Source of the DNA: the human T2T-CHM13v2.0 reference genome, Homo sapiens
Reading direction: 5' to 3' (one strand)
Length of the DNA: 64,000 nt
Assembly (NCBI RefSeq): GCF_009914755.1
Contig: NC_060929.1
Position 1 is the first letter of the stretch, and every line of letters begins with the position of its first letter. This document shows positions 24,560 through 38,975 of the stretch, piece by piece. The position numbers were made by a program, and so were the translations under genes. The notes under the pieces are model-generated. The model had not been told where the DNA came from and made no database searches. It worked only from the letters and a program-made list of their open reading frames with translations.

Positions 24560-25620
24560 CTTCTGTATAAATTATTGTCATTTTAATTAAAGTCTTCGCA
24601 GGCTGAAGATTATTACTGACAATATTAAAATTTTATTATTCTTGTGAATGGCACTTTTTCTGTAATATTTTCTGATTAGTTATTGATTGGTTATTTAAAA
24701 GCATTTCTTTTGGTATAATGTTTTATCTTACTAAACCCTGCTATCAATCTAGTGCTTCCTATTGATTCAGTTAGACTAAGTAGACAATAATATATATTTT
24801 TTCTATCAATTTTAACATCTTATTTCATTTAAAAGAATGTATTGTATTTGTTAAAACAAGGATTAGCAACCGCTTTCAGTAAAGGGCCAGATAGTACTAT
24901 TTTAGGTTTCTGAGACATATTGCCTCTGTGTCAACTACTCAACTTTGCCATTATAGTGCAAAAGTAGCCATAGATAATATGTTAATAGAAGGCCATGGCT
25001 GTGTTTAAACAGAACTACTTACAAAAACAGGAAGGGACCAGATTTGGCCTACAAGATGTAGTTTGGCAACCCATGGACTAGAACCTCCAGAAAAGCATTG
25101 AATACTATAGTGATTCAGTATAGTATTCAATCAGTATTCGTTTGCATCATGAATCATTATCTTGTTTCAGACTACAGTGGCCATGCTCCAGTGTTTTCAT
25201 ATTAAGCATGATTTATGTTTTGATAAAAAGACTCATTATTACAGTAAGGAATTTTCTTCTTTTCCTAGCTTACTATTTTATCTTCATAAAACATTAACAT
25301 TTTTATAAGATATCGGTACAATTTATAAAGCCGAATAAAATGTTTTATTATTTTTACTTAATGTGGTGAATTTTATCAATAATATTCCAACAGTGATTTA
25401 CATTTATATTTATGAAGTAAATCCAATTTGGTCAAGGTACATTGTACTTTCGGTATACTGACACATTTGGGTTGCTAAATTTTTAAAGACATTTGATTCT
25501 GTATTCCTAAGTGACATGACTCTATTTTCTTCCTTTTTTCCTCCTAGTCTTGTGGAGTTGTGGAATTATATTTTACTAGACTCAACAATTAATTAATACA
25601 TTTTCTCTCTTTTTTCATCC
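24560..25620 (-). mobile_element. Ancient L1ME-type ORF2 fragment
   Basis: Degenerate antisense RT-region sequence (cttgtttcaga..., aatgtggtgaatt..., gggttgctaaattttt). Confidence 0.6.
24858..25076 (+). mobile_element. MER58A (hAT-Charlie) non-autonomous DNA transposon
   Basis: gtaaagggccagatagt...caactactcaactttgccatt...ccagatttggcctacaagatgtagtttggcaaccc. Confidence 0.85.
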
Positions 25621-25899
25621 TAAAAAATTTTAGTTACAAAGAAGCTATAATCCAATCAAATAGTGGTTCAATTCTAAAGTTAGAACATAGTAGAATAAAG
25701 ATATCTTAGAGACAATTACCAAAATGGTTTACTCTTTAAAATATTTTAAATCATCCATAAAAATTATACATGGTTTGGCTATATTCCAGTAATGGTGACT
25801 AAAATAATACTAAGCCTTCCAATGATGCTAGCTAAAAATCTAAATGAAACATTTAAAGCATATACGCATAGAAATTATCAATAGTTAACAAAATTTAAA

Positions 25900-27700
25900 A
25901 AATGAAAAGATTTAGGAGTGGCAGAATTCTAGTTGATAGCTATAAAAACTCGTAATATGCATCATACTTAATCTGAAACACTGTGCATACATATCCTTCA
26001 AGATAAGGAACAACCAAGGGTGCCTGTTATTCCCACTTTCAGTTCAGTGTTGTCTAGAGTTCCTAGCCAGCTTAGTAAGGTGGAAAAAGAATAAAAGTGT
26101 AAGAAAGAAAAAGGAGGTAACAAATATTGTATTTAATAAATGCTATGACTATAGCATATAGGAAAATTACACATGAATTCAAATTAACAAGACTAACAAG
26201 CAAAATTGCTAGATCCAAAGTTGATATCAAAATAAAAATTGCATTTCCATATACAAGCAATAAATAAAAGAGAAATTTTGAAACAGCCACCAATTTTAGC
26301 AGACAATTTAAAAAATTTAAGAATAAATCTAACCAAGGGTGAATAAAACCTCTACTCAGAAACCTAAATACATAATTGAAGGAAATTAAAGGCAACTAAA
26401 CAGAAGGGTATTCCATGCTCTTGAATTTGAAGACCCACTATTATAAAACTATGAATTGCCTCCAGATTAATCTACAGATTCAATGCAATATCAATTGAAA
26501 TCTCAGCTGCTATTTTTGTGGAAATAGACACAATGATTATTAAATTTATGTGAAAATGCAGAGTGAAGACCAGTTCAGATAATCTCAAAGAAGGAAAATA
26601 GAAAACAGTGGAGGAAAGACTTATTTTACTAGATACTAAATACCACTTACAAAGCTACAGAAATTAAAACAATGTGGAACTAGTACCAGATTAGACAAAT
26701 TAGCCAATGAGACAGAAGATCCCCCACCACCACCTCACAAAGACCTACAAACATACAGCCACTTGATATATGATAATGGAGGCACTACAGAGCAGAAAGA
26801 GCAAAACATGTTATTTTCTATAGACTGTACTGAGACAATTGGTTTTCTCTATGGGGAAAAATGAATCTAACCCTAACTTATACCACATAAAAATAAATCC
26901 TAAGTGATAACTGAATGTGAGAAGTAGTGTGAACGTTGTATTAAAAGAGAAACAAGCTATACTAACAATAAAGGAAAAGCATAGTACATTTGATTACAAT
27001 AAATTTTAAAACTTCTTTTCATCAAAAGATAAGAGTAAGAGTGTGAAATGGTAAACCAGATAGTGGTAGAGAATATTTATGATGCATATACTTGACAGAA
27101 GGCTATCACACATAATATTCCTACAAATCAATAAGAACACAGAAACCTAGTAGAAATCTAGTAGAAAAATGGCAAAGGGACTTAAAAGGGATTTATTACA
27201 AAGAAAAGCAAAATCACTAAAAACATCATATGAAAAGGTGTTCATTCTCTTTAGACATCAGAAAAATTCAAAATAAAACCACAAGAAAATACTCTTCCCA
27301 CCTCACCAGGATGACTCAACTCGGAAGACTAAATATCAAGGGTAAGCCAGGCTGTGGAACAAGATTTAATAAAAAAACAAAACGCATCTATGTGCTAAGA
27401 GACAAATGCAAGAAAATTCATAGTGATATTATTCATAATAGTAAAAAACTGTAAACAACTCTAATGTCTATAAGAAGTATAATAAACTAATTGTGGCAAC
27501 TTCATTTTATTTACTAGATAAACAAACTACATCTATATGGAGCAACATGAAAAAAATCTCATAAGCAACCTGAGAGAAATAAACCAAATAGAATATACAT
27601 AAAGCATGAGTCCATTTATCTGAAGTTCAAAATCAAGTGATACTAGACAATACAGTTTAAGGATAAATTACTTGAATGGTAAATGTATAAAGAACAGCAA
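25900..27700 (+). mobile_element. Ancient L1M (L1ME-like) ORF2 3' half and 3' UTR
   Basis: aatctacagattcaatgcaat; remnant MKRCSFSLDIRKIQNKTTRKY at 27230. Confidence 0.75.
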
Positions 27701-27749
27701 GTAACGTGAGATACCTGGTATACAATCCTTTCCTACTTATCCACTGGTC

Positions 27750-27865
27750 ATGTCACTAAAATTCTCATCATCATTTGTAAAATGAGTAATGTTATTTACC
27801 TCTCAAGATTGTTGTAACAGTAAAATGAGATACTGCATGTAAAACTCTGAGTATACAGCCTGGGG
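27750..27865 (+). mobile_element. MIR fragment
   Basis: tcatttgtaaaatgagtaat...gattgttgtaacagtaaaatgagat. Confidence 0.65.
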
Positions 27866-30029
27866 GTTTAATTGGTGGTTTCAGTCTCTGAGGGGGCCAT
27901 TTGACTGCTATCCTTCATAGTTCTGCATCAACTGATGTTGGAAAAGAATCAAAATATGAGCATAATGACTCATAAATCTGATAAACATGGTTCAACCACA
28001 CTAAAGCAGCATATTCCTAGCTCTTTGGGAAAGGGAGTTCCCAGCACCAAACTTAAAGTCCTTGGAGTTTTGTGAATGGGGAGAGAGAAAGTGCAGGCAT
28101 AATACTTCGTTATTCCACCTCTAATGAAGAAACAGTGGCCAAAAGATATCAGAATCTTTCCATTCCAACCATCAGATAAACCGATCCCCCTCCCATAGAG
28201 GAAGTGTTATATCATTGAAGCCCACCCTCATGGAAGGAGAAGGGTAGTTTCCCCTGAACACCTGATACATACTAAAGACTTACTGCTAAGATGATGATGA
28301 GGTTAATGATAATTTAAAAAATTAAAATAACATGTACCCATTCAATAAAAGACCTATAAGCTATAGCTCTTCAGTTTAATTCCAAAACAATCTTAGGAGC
28401 CAATTGGCAGAATATTTCACAAACACAAATGTTCTAATCATACCTTAAGAAAGAGCTTTGCACAATCGGTGTAAACAGTCATCTGGTGGTGAGAGTTCCA
28501 AGAAGAGGCCCTACTGAAAATAGCATCTTAACTCCCAGTCCAACAGCCTATTGCTGTGTGTGTGATTGCTTTGAGTTTGAAGATCACGGCACTAGAAAAC
28601 TCTTGTTGAAAGGGTCACTAACAAGGTTCATTCTTTGCTGTACTCACTTCCACTTGAAAGTTTTGTTAGTATACTAAGAAATTAGCCATTAGAGTGTTTT
28701 AGAAAAAAAGGAGCCAAACCCAGGGGGGTGGTAAGCCTGAAGCTGAAAGCTGATGAAAGTAGAGAGTCGGAAAGTTTTGGAGCTTGGAAAGCTGCCTGTT
28801 GGGAAGTGTGAGGCCCAGGGGAGGACATCCTGCAGAGAATCCAGAGCAAAGGAGAAATGAAGGCAAACTTTATTTACTTCAGCGTTTGGCCAAGGGCTAT
28901 TCCCACTTTGGGTTATCAGTTTTTAATGCCTTGATGTTAATAATGATGTAACTTTACATAGACAATAAATCCCCTATGAACCCAAGGAGGCAGAGCTTAT
29001 GGCATCCCTGGCTTATAATGCACTGCTGGGAAATATATAGAACCCTTAAGACCAAATACCTAATCTTTCCCAGAGATGGGTAATGGAATAACTGACTGGG
29101 TTACAAATCTATTTATGGGACATTTTGAAACATACATAGTGGGTTTAAATCCAAAAGGCAAATATAAACAGTTACGATTGTGTGCGTTACATGTATTTTA
29201 TTCAACCCATAGATTTGTAGGTACAAGAATGAAACAACAGCAACAAAGGAAAAAAAATCAGCAAACCAAAACAATAGTAGAATTTATTTATTTGCCTGGG
29301 AACAGGCATTGTGAAGAAATTCACTCAATAGTTCTCTAAGAGGAAAATGTCAGTGTTTTTTAAGTGCTAGCATATGGACAGGCATTCATGGCGCTTACAC
29401 ATCACGACATTAATTGAAACCAGTACTTTGGACAGAATAATGAGTCCCTACCTCTGTTCATAATTGGTTAAAATAAATCCCATTGTTTACTGGTCAGGAA
29501 AGGGTCTTCTGTTTGTTCCAGTGAAAATCTGGTGTGCTGTAGTAGCCCAACATTCACAGCCATTAATCAGCTTCTGCTGGTCAGAACCAGTTGCTTTGAA
29601 ATGCAACATTGGTTTTGATATCTCATAGGAAAGCATGACTGTAAGTAGATAACTTTCCCTATACACAGGTAATTGTGCCTTTCTGCTCCTTTTAATTTTG
29701 TTAGGAGAAGCCCCAATCTAGATGGACATGTCTGCTCTATTTGTTATCCAAGACAGAATTCCCCCAAGTCCATCACGCACTGAAGAGTCTTTCATTGTAC
29801 CAAGGCCAGAACTTCATATTTTCCCTTGTTCCTGTCACTGTTACACCCCCAGGGGCTGTTCTCCTTCCCAGGAACTTCACCCTGTTCCTACTGCCTGTCT
29901 GGAGTTAAATGGAGACAAGCATGATTAAAACTACCAGTAAGACAAGTTTAGAAAATGAACTTTTTCTTGGTTTCAAGAACATGTACAAATGCTTTTGATA
30001 TAATAGTAAGTTAAAGAATAAGAAAAATT

Positions 30030-30143
30030 TACATGATGTGCTTATTTCACATTGCATGTCTGTATCAAAACATCTCATGTACCCCATAAGTATATACACC
30101 TACTAAGTACCCACAAAAATTAAAAATAAAAATAAGAAAAAAA
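30030..30143 (+). mobile_element. Short 5'-truncated L1 (L1PB/L1MA) 3' end with A-tail
   Basis: tgtatcaaaacatctcatgtaccccataagtatatacacctactaagtacccacaaaaattaaaaataaaa. Confidence 0.85.
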
Positions 30144-31389
30144 ATATCAATGGTATGGTGTCAACTACATGGTAAAAAGACTAGAAGGAATAAAGCCCTG
30201 TGGTTAACAAGGTAAACCATGGTCTCTTTGGGGTGGTAGAATAACATGTGACTTTCTTCCACTTTATCATACTCCCCAATCCTGTCCCTTCTTTTAAACA
30301 GTATGTTTAGTACTCTAATAACCAGGAAGAGAAAAAGAATCTGATCCAAAAGACTGAAGTCAATTCAGTGAAAATAGGTTGAAACATTATAATTCAGGAT
30401 TTGGAATCTTATTTAATGATATACTACATAATAGTAAAAGTTAAAACAAAAGAAATTAACATTAATACTTATTTAACTTAAATACATTTATGTAGACTTA
30501 TAAAGTTTTTTTCATATTTTTTCAAACATATGAAAAGAGGAATTTGCAATGCTGATTTTTATAGGTATTCAAGGATCTCAAGAGTTTTATTGGTCTTGGT
30601 AATGTTTTCACAGCATGGTTTGTCATTATCATAGTTGTGTAGACCCATCCTACTTTGGATATTTCACTCTGGGAAATAAATATGTTATTTTTATCAGCTC
30701 ACCACAATCTCTTATGTGCTACCTATATTTGATATTGTAACACATATTTAGTTCCATTTTGGCCATTAAGGGGTCTCTCTTTTCTACACCATCTTAACTC
30801 CTCTGCAGGGGTCCACAGACTCCAGGAACTTAGGTCTTAGGCTTTAAAAAGTGGATTTGTCTTAAAGACATAAGCTGTTTGAATAGCTAAACCCAATCTT
30901 TGGTCACAGGCAGGCCTTATTCCTACTGGACATTTAGTGGGTGATAGAATACTGTTGATCAACCGATGCCACTAGATGGGTGGTCTCTGGGTTCTGTTTT
31001 GCATCTATTTTGCTCCCTGCCTCGGGAGACTCTTGGTGTCTTCTTGGAATTTAAAGGTTTCTCTGTCAACATGGTCTCTCTCCTCTCTCCTTTCCTTAGA
31101 AAATTATTTTTACTCAGACAAGGCATTCAGAAAACAAGATAGTCAGAATACAAGACACTATATTCTGTTTATATATGTACACATCAGAATATTTCTGTTT
31201 TACACCTAGACCAGTGACTTTTAAGAGCTAGGATTTGTCATCTATGTTTTCCTGGTTATTCAGTGATGACTTTTTCACAACATCAACAAATGAAGGCTAT
31301 ACAGAAAGTGTATATGCAGCTGAATCCCTCATTGCTTTGACCTAACTATTAGAAACTGCATAATGTATTGATCTGGCATCCCCTCAGCC

Positions 31390-32185
31390 CCCTGCCTTGT
31401 AGTCTCACTTCTATTATGCTATCACAATGGACCATTTGCAGCTGAGTATGCTGTGCCTTACATGCTTATATTCCTTCTTATTTGCTCTTCTCTTTACCAG
31501 AATGTTCTTCCCCTTTCTCATCTTGCAAACCCCTTGAAAGCTCAGCTTCAATATCTTCCCCCAGAAAGCCTTCTCTGGATACCCCTGCCTTTCTCTGCGA
31601 TTCAAGAGCAAAAAGAAGCAAGCTTAGATGGCCTATGAGGAGCTATCAGGGGAAGATACAGTCCCCTTGGTAGCTTGTCAAGTTGCTGGCCCAGCAAGTC
31701 TCAGTAGCTCAGCTGCAAAACAGGCTGATCCAGAGCCTGACCTCTGTAAGCTTCTCTCTTCACCAGAATGCCTCAGTGTCATGCTCCCATGTCACCTAAA
31801 GGGCCCTGTCTTTCTCTATGAATATGAACAGTGTTTTAGGGACAGAGTCCCGTGGACTCTCCTATCCCACAATGACCAGCCTAGGTGTACCACTCCATGA
31901 AAGAACAAGAACTCAGGGGATCATGTAGGTTCTACTACTTCCCTGATTGATTATTTACTAAATTTATCACTAATAAACTCTATATTTCCATCACATGGTG
32001 GCTGTGGTGTATGTGCCTAGGTCTATTATGTGCACACCTAGCCTGTTGTAGTCATCACTTTATGCACTTGTGTCCCCCACTAGAATGTAAGCTTCTTGAA
32101 GAAAGATAATGCTTTGACTTTGCATCCCAAGAACCCAGCACAGTTCTTACATGTAATAGGTGCTCACAAGGTTATTGAATATCTC
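31390..32185 (+). mobile_element. L2 3' fragments (discontinuous)
   Basis: cccccactagaatgtaagcttcttgaag...cccagcacagttcttacatgtaataggtgctca. Confidence 0.65.
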
Positions 32186-32597
32186 CTTTTATTTATTAAA
32201 CTCAACATGTATTTCTCTCATTTGACTTAGCCAATGAATACCCAGTGCTTTTGAATATCATTTTTGAATGAGGGTCAATTCCAGGAGATTAAGGTAATCT
32301 GTGTGGATAAGGGATGCTTCTAAATCAAACTGGAAACTTCAGAGATGTCCCTAATTATATAGTTAATAATTTTTCATAAATTTGTGTCCAAGAGTCACTT
32401 TTCCTTAAAATTAATTACATGGTGCCGGTCCAGCAAAAATGACTTATTTGAACCTATAACTGTGTGGCAGGGGTTACATATGACAGGCTTGTTTTCTTTT
32501 TCTTAAGACTGAGACTACTAAAGCTCAGATGGTTTTATCTAAGACAAAATACAGGGTCAGATAGAGTGCGACACCAATTGGGAAAATGTCTAACTAG

Positions 32598-33289
32598 CTT
32601 TGCCCATAAAACCATTTTTCCCTCCTAGACCTCCAGGCCTGAGATGGGAGGGGTTGCTGCAAAGGTCTCTGAAATGCCCTGGAAGCATTTTCCCAGTTTC
32701 CTTGGCTATTAGGAATAGGCTCTTCTTTACTTATGCAAATTTCTGCAGCCTTGAATTCTTCCCCAGAAAATTGGTTTTACTTTCTACTGCATGGTCAGGC
32801 TGCAAATTTTCCACAGTTTTAGGTTCTGCTTCCCTTTTATATATGTTCTAGTTTGAGGTCCGTTCTTTGTTTAGGCAAATGAGTTTAGGCTTTTAGAAGC
32901 AGCCATGCTACATCTTGAATGCTTTTCTGACAGATATCCTGAATCACCTCTCTCACCTTCAAAGTTCCACAGATCTCTAGAGCAGGGGCACAATGCCATA
33001 CGTTTCTTTGCTAAAGCATAGCAAGAGTGACTTTTATTCCAGTTTTCAATAAGTTCCTCATATCCATCTGAGACCTCCACAGTCTGGACTTCACTGTCCA
33101 TATCACTATCAACATTTTGGTCACAACAATTCAACAAGTCTCTAGAAAGTTCCAAACTTTCCCACATCTTCTTGTCTTCTTCTGCGCCTTCCAAATTGTT
33201 CCATCCCTGCCCATTACCCAGTTCCAAAGTCACTTCCACATTTACAGATATCTTTATAGCAATGCCCCACTTTTCTGGTACCAAATTTC
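32598..33289 (-). mobile_element. MaLR (MST/THE1) internal region, truncated
   Basis: ORF remnant VTLELGNGQGWNNLEGAEEDKKMWESLEL...RDLWNFE typical of MaLR internal sequence; abuts the LTR. Confidence 0.85.
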
Positions 33290-33673
33290 TGTATTATTTA
33301 CTTCTCACATTGCTATAAAGAACTACCTGAGACTGGGTAGTTTATAAAGAAAAGATGTTTAATTGACTCATAGTTCTGCAGGCTGTATAGGAGGCATGGT
33401 GAGGGAGGCCTCAGGAAATTTACAATCATGGTGGAAAGTGAAGGGAAAGCAGGCATGTCTTACATGGCTGGAGCAGAAGGAAGAGAGAGAAGAGGGAGGT
33501 GCTACATACTTTTTAATAACCAGATCTCATGAGATCTCACTCACTATCACAAGAAGAGCAAGGGAGAAATCAGCCCCCATGATCCAATCTCCTCCTACCA
33601 AGTCCCTTCCCCAACATTAGGAATTATAATTTGACATGAGATTTGGGTGGGAACACAGAACCAAACCATATCA
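33290..33673 (-). mobile_element. MSTA-like MaLR LTR (5' LTR of the truncated element)
   Basis: tgtatt...ctgagactgggtagtttataaagaaaag ... gaaccaaaccatatca. Confidence 0.9.
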
Positions 33674-34530
<857 letters not shown>

Positions 34531-34539
34531 AGTAGGTGG

Positions 34540-34821
34540 GAATGTCAGTGTGCAAGTAATGACCAGAGGCTTTAGAAGCATGAAAGTTCAGCTCATTTTC
34601 TTCTATAGCCTCCACTATGAGAATCACATGTTCTAGATGGTGGCTATTCCACTAGCCTGGATTCCAGAATGAGAAAACACATGAAGCCAATTCAAGCCAA
34701 ACCCATTCTAATCTATTTGACCTGCCTCCCTTATGTAATGAAAGCAAGACATCAATGTTTGTGGTTGTGAACCAATGAATTTTTGAGATTGTTTGTTACT
34801 GCCACAAACTGGACTAATACA
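34540..34821 (+). mobile_element. MLT1-type MaLR LTR fragment
   Basis: Ends gagattgtttgttactgccacaaactggactaataca. Confidence 0.65.
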
Positions 34822-37384
34822 CACATTTTCTGCTATAAGTGTTTCTGAGCCAGCTCTGTTTCTGTAGTAGACTTGGAGTATCTTTCCACCCCTATGTATT
34901 CATTCAAGGTTTTCTTTAAAACCAAGCCTCTCACAAAAAACAGAAAAGGAGATAACTTCACCTTTCATAAAGCTTTGACTACTATTGAAACCAACAATTG
35001 CCAATCCACCACCAAATTCCCACTGATGACTTCACATAATATAAACATGTTATTTAATAACTGCCATATTCAATACCTGTACAATTGCTTTTCTATATAT
35101 CTTTCTTCATCCACATTAATCTATTTCCATTTGTAAACCCTTGGGCTATGAGATTTCTTTTAATGAATTGGTGCCAAACTTTGCATACGGGTACTTAATG
35201 ATTTATTTATTCAGAAGTGAATTTACCTCACCATCTATTTCCATCTACTTTTTTCTTCTATAAGAAAATATTCCTGGTGGAATTTCAGATGGGTTAGGCA
35301 CTTCTGATTGTCCATGTCTAGGCATTTACCTTCACTCTAGTCTGGACTCAGTGAAGTATATTGGATCCCTGTTATATGTCAGAAATTTCATCTTTTTCTC
35401 TGATATAATACTACGTATAATGAGGCTTCCAATTCTCATTTCAAAAGAATGAGATCTCATAATTTGGATTAGAGAGCAGAATAGTTTGATTTTTAAAGAA
35501 AATTTAATTTTATCTTGTTTTGCTGGAGGCACAGGAAACCGCCAAGTTAAAAAAACAAAACAAAACCAAACCAAAAAAAAAACCTAATTAATCTTCCAGT
35601 GAGATTATTCCTCCCAATCAAAACATTTTTAAAATTTGGGCCAAATTTTGAAGGACCAATAAGCCCAGACATAATCGGATGGTGACTATAAGTATAAAAG
35701 TGACTGGGTTGCTGACAGGCTTTTTTAAATGTGTATTTGATTCACAACAGAAATTATTTATAAATTCAGCTCTGGAATTGTACTCTATACACACATTTTT
35801 TTTTCTTTCTTCATTTCCTTGTTTCTTTTCTTTTATTTTTTGAATAAGCTTGTTTAAATACTTGTTGGCCTTTGAGTCCAGTAAATAAAGCTTGTTCTCA
35901 TTTGGAATGTACTCAGATATACTTTACTCTTTGCTTAGAATCACTTTAGACAATAGGAACATCATCTGTTTGGTATTTGAATAAAACCCAGACCATGATA
36001 AGCATATTCCTTTATATTGTCCCAAAATCTCACCAAATACGCAGTCCTGTGATTATGTTACCTTCTGTAGTAAGTCTCCTAATTTTCCCTCAGAAAAACA
36101 TTTTGCAACTGGGAAGTTTGCTTCCACCTTAGAAAAATCAGTTTTAACTATTACATTTCCTATTCTTTCCAATTACCATGAATGATAGAAACCTCACTTA
36201 ATATCATCAAAATGGGGAAAACAACAGAAATAATTATAAATATTCTTATTATTTTAATGTGTAAAATATATAAAGATATTGTATATACACTCTCAAAATA
36301 AAAAGATACCTGTTTAAACAATGACATTAGAAGAAATTAATTGCATCTTAGAAAAATGCAACACGACTGTAGCGACCATTTCTATTAATGAAAAATGAAA
36401 CTGTCTAGACGGAAGACCTTCTAGTGCTTTTAAAGGGCACCCTCTGTGAATGCAATGGGCCTGAGAAGGGAACACACTTCTGGAATGCCTGGGGGAGCCA
36501 GCTTCTATAACCTGGACCACAAAAAAAGGGGTTTCAATCAATCAGGAGTAACTCACAATGAAGCTTCATGGCCCTGATCCACATCACGGTGCTAATCTTT
36601 TAGGCACCATCAGTTTGTGCTTTAAAGAGTCGTTCCCTGTGCAGAGGTCATTGAGGTTGTCATGGGTATCCTATTAAAATGAGAGTTAACTGCTCTGGAA
36701 GCTCCATGGATGACTGAAGGGAACTCTTTTACCACAACGTTGGTTCTAGCGGTTTTAAGGGGATGAAACGTCTGTCCCCTACGTAGCAGAGGACTCACAG
36801 ATGGAGGATTTAAGTGGTGTACCACTGTGCACCACTTACTGGAATTGTCCTGTCTTTTTTTTTTTTTTCTTACTGGAATAGTTTCTTGTCTAGAAGGCGT
36901 TTTTTTTTTTCTGGCTTCACTATTTTGAGTTGGGTAGCATATAGACCTATTTCTCTAGTCTTCCTGGAGATTACATGAGCTAATTAATGTTCTGCAGTAA
37001 ATTTCTCATTGCTTAAACCTGCTTAAATCAGGCAGAGTAGAGTTTATTGCTACTAGAACCTTGACCTATGCAATGCTCTCTATTATGCTGAATAGTCCTA
37101 AAGTAATAACAGGAGTTTCTTTAAAAAATGTGCTCCCTTTAAAGAGGGAAGATGAAAAGTGTCTGCAAAGAACTCAAAATTCAAGTAAGGAAACTAGTCA
37201 GACACAGCACTCTAGTACACATCACTCTAGTACACACAGCAGCAAGAGAATGCCAAGGATTGTAGCTTAGTCAACACGTCTGCAACAGTTATGTGCTGAA
37301 CAAGGGCTAGTGTAAAAAGCATTGCACTATCTCAGGAAGCCAATGAGAAGAGAGAAGATAAAGAAAGCAGAGATACCAGTATCC

Positions 37385-37540
37385 AATGTAAGGTAAAGAA
37401 CTCTGAATTGGGAGTCAAGAGTACTGAATCACCTCTCTTAGGAACTGACTCTACCTCTGAGCCTCACTTTCCTCATTAGTTCAATGTAGTGGCTGAATTA
37501 AATGACTGCAAAGACCGCTTTGAGCTATAAATCCCCATAA
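37385..37540 (+). mobile_element. MIR fragment
   Basis: gaattgggagtcaaga...cctctgagcctcactttcctcat. Confidence 0.65.
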
Positions 37541-37775
37541 TCTAAAAAGAAGGAGGTACAGCATATATCAAGGAAGACAGAGATGTAGAAGTAGATGTTT
37601 CTAAATTATTTCCACAAATATTGCCGTTTAATCATACACATGAAAATGTTGTGTGCATACATATTGTAAATTTTTTCTCAATTTGAATTTTGAGAATCAG
37701 GCTAAGGAGAAAAATTGGAGGACAAGCAAAGTTGTTTTTACATCAATCATAAAATCTCACCTGTAAAGACTTCTC

Positions 37776-38975
37776 TTTTTTTAGTTTTATTTTCCTGTTG
37801 ACATGTAATCATTATACATATTTATGAGGTACGGTGTGATATTTCAATACATGTGTACATTGCATAATAATCAATCGGGGTAATCAGCACATGCATTACG
37901 TCAAACACCTGTCATTTCTTTTTGGTGAGAACATTAAAAATCCTTTTCTAGCTATTTTGAAATATACATTATTAACTATCATCACCCTATTGTGCAATAG
38001 AACATGAGAATTTATTCCATCTAACTATAATTTTGTATTCATTGATCAATCTCTCCTCATCCCTTCCTCCATCGTACCCTCCTCAGCCTCTGATAATTAC
38101 CTTTCTACTCTCTACTTCTATGAGATTAACTTTTTTAGATTCCACATATGAGAGAGATCATTCGATATTTGTCCTGTGTTTGGCTTATTTCACTTAACAT
38201 AATATCCTTTATCCATGTCATTGCAAATAAAAGGATTTCATTCTTTTTATGGCTGAATAGTACTCCATCATATATATATTTCACTTTTCAAAGTGCATTC
38301 ATCTGTTGATAGACTCTTACATTGATTCCATATCTTGGCTATTGTGAAAAGTGCTACAGTAAACATAGTAATGCAATGTCTCTTTGACATGTTAATTCAT
38401 TTCCTTTGGATATGTACCTAGTAGTGGAATTCTTGGATAATACAGTAGTTCCATTTTTAACTATTGAGGGGCCTCAATACTCTTTCTAGTCTGCAATTGC
38501 TGTACTAATTTACATTCCCACCAATAGTATATAAGAGTCCCCCTTTCTCCACATTCTCACCAGCGTTTTTCATTTTTTGTCCTTTTGATAATAGATATTC
38601 TAACAGGGGAAAAGTAATATCTCACTGTGGTTTTAATTTGAATTTCCCTGATGATTAGTGATGTTGAACATTTTTTCAAATACTTGTTGACTATTTGTAT
38701 GTCTTCTTTTAGAATGCACACTTTTTAATGAGTTTATTTTCTTGCTATTGAGGAGTTTGAGTTTCTTATATATTCTGGATATTGACTGTTTGTCAAAAGC
38801 CTAATTTGCAATGTTTTTAAATTTTGTAAGTTGTCTCTTCATTCTGTTCATTGTTTTTTGCTGTACAGAAGCTTTTTAGTTTTATCTAATCTCATTTGTC
38901 TATTTTTGCTTTTGTTGCCTGTGCTTTTGAGGTCTTACCCAAAAAATCCTTACCCAGACCAATATCGTGATCCTT
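37776..38975 (-). mobile_element. L1MA-type LINE-1 3' fragment
   Basis: Antisense 3' UTR (tagattccacatatgagagagatca) and ORF2 end. Confidence 0.85.

Noticed and set aside
24560-27700. Opposite-orientation L1ME pieces as another 5' inversion
   Set aside because: The two pieces cover overlapping RT-region sequence extensively, so they are more likely independent insertions
28640-29060. Possible very old LTR (purine-rich body, aataaa near 28965)
   Set aside because: Too degenerate to assign termini or family by eye
32871-33284. 137-aa ORF as a host gene
   Set aside because: Recognisable MaLR internal-region remnant
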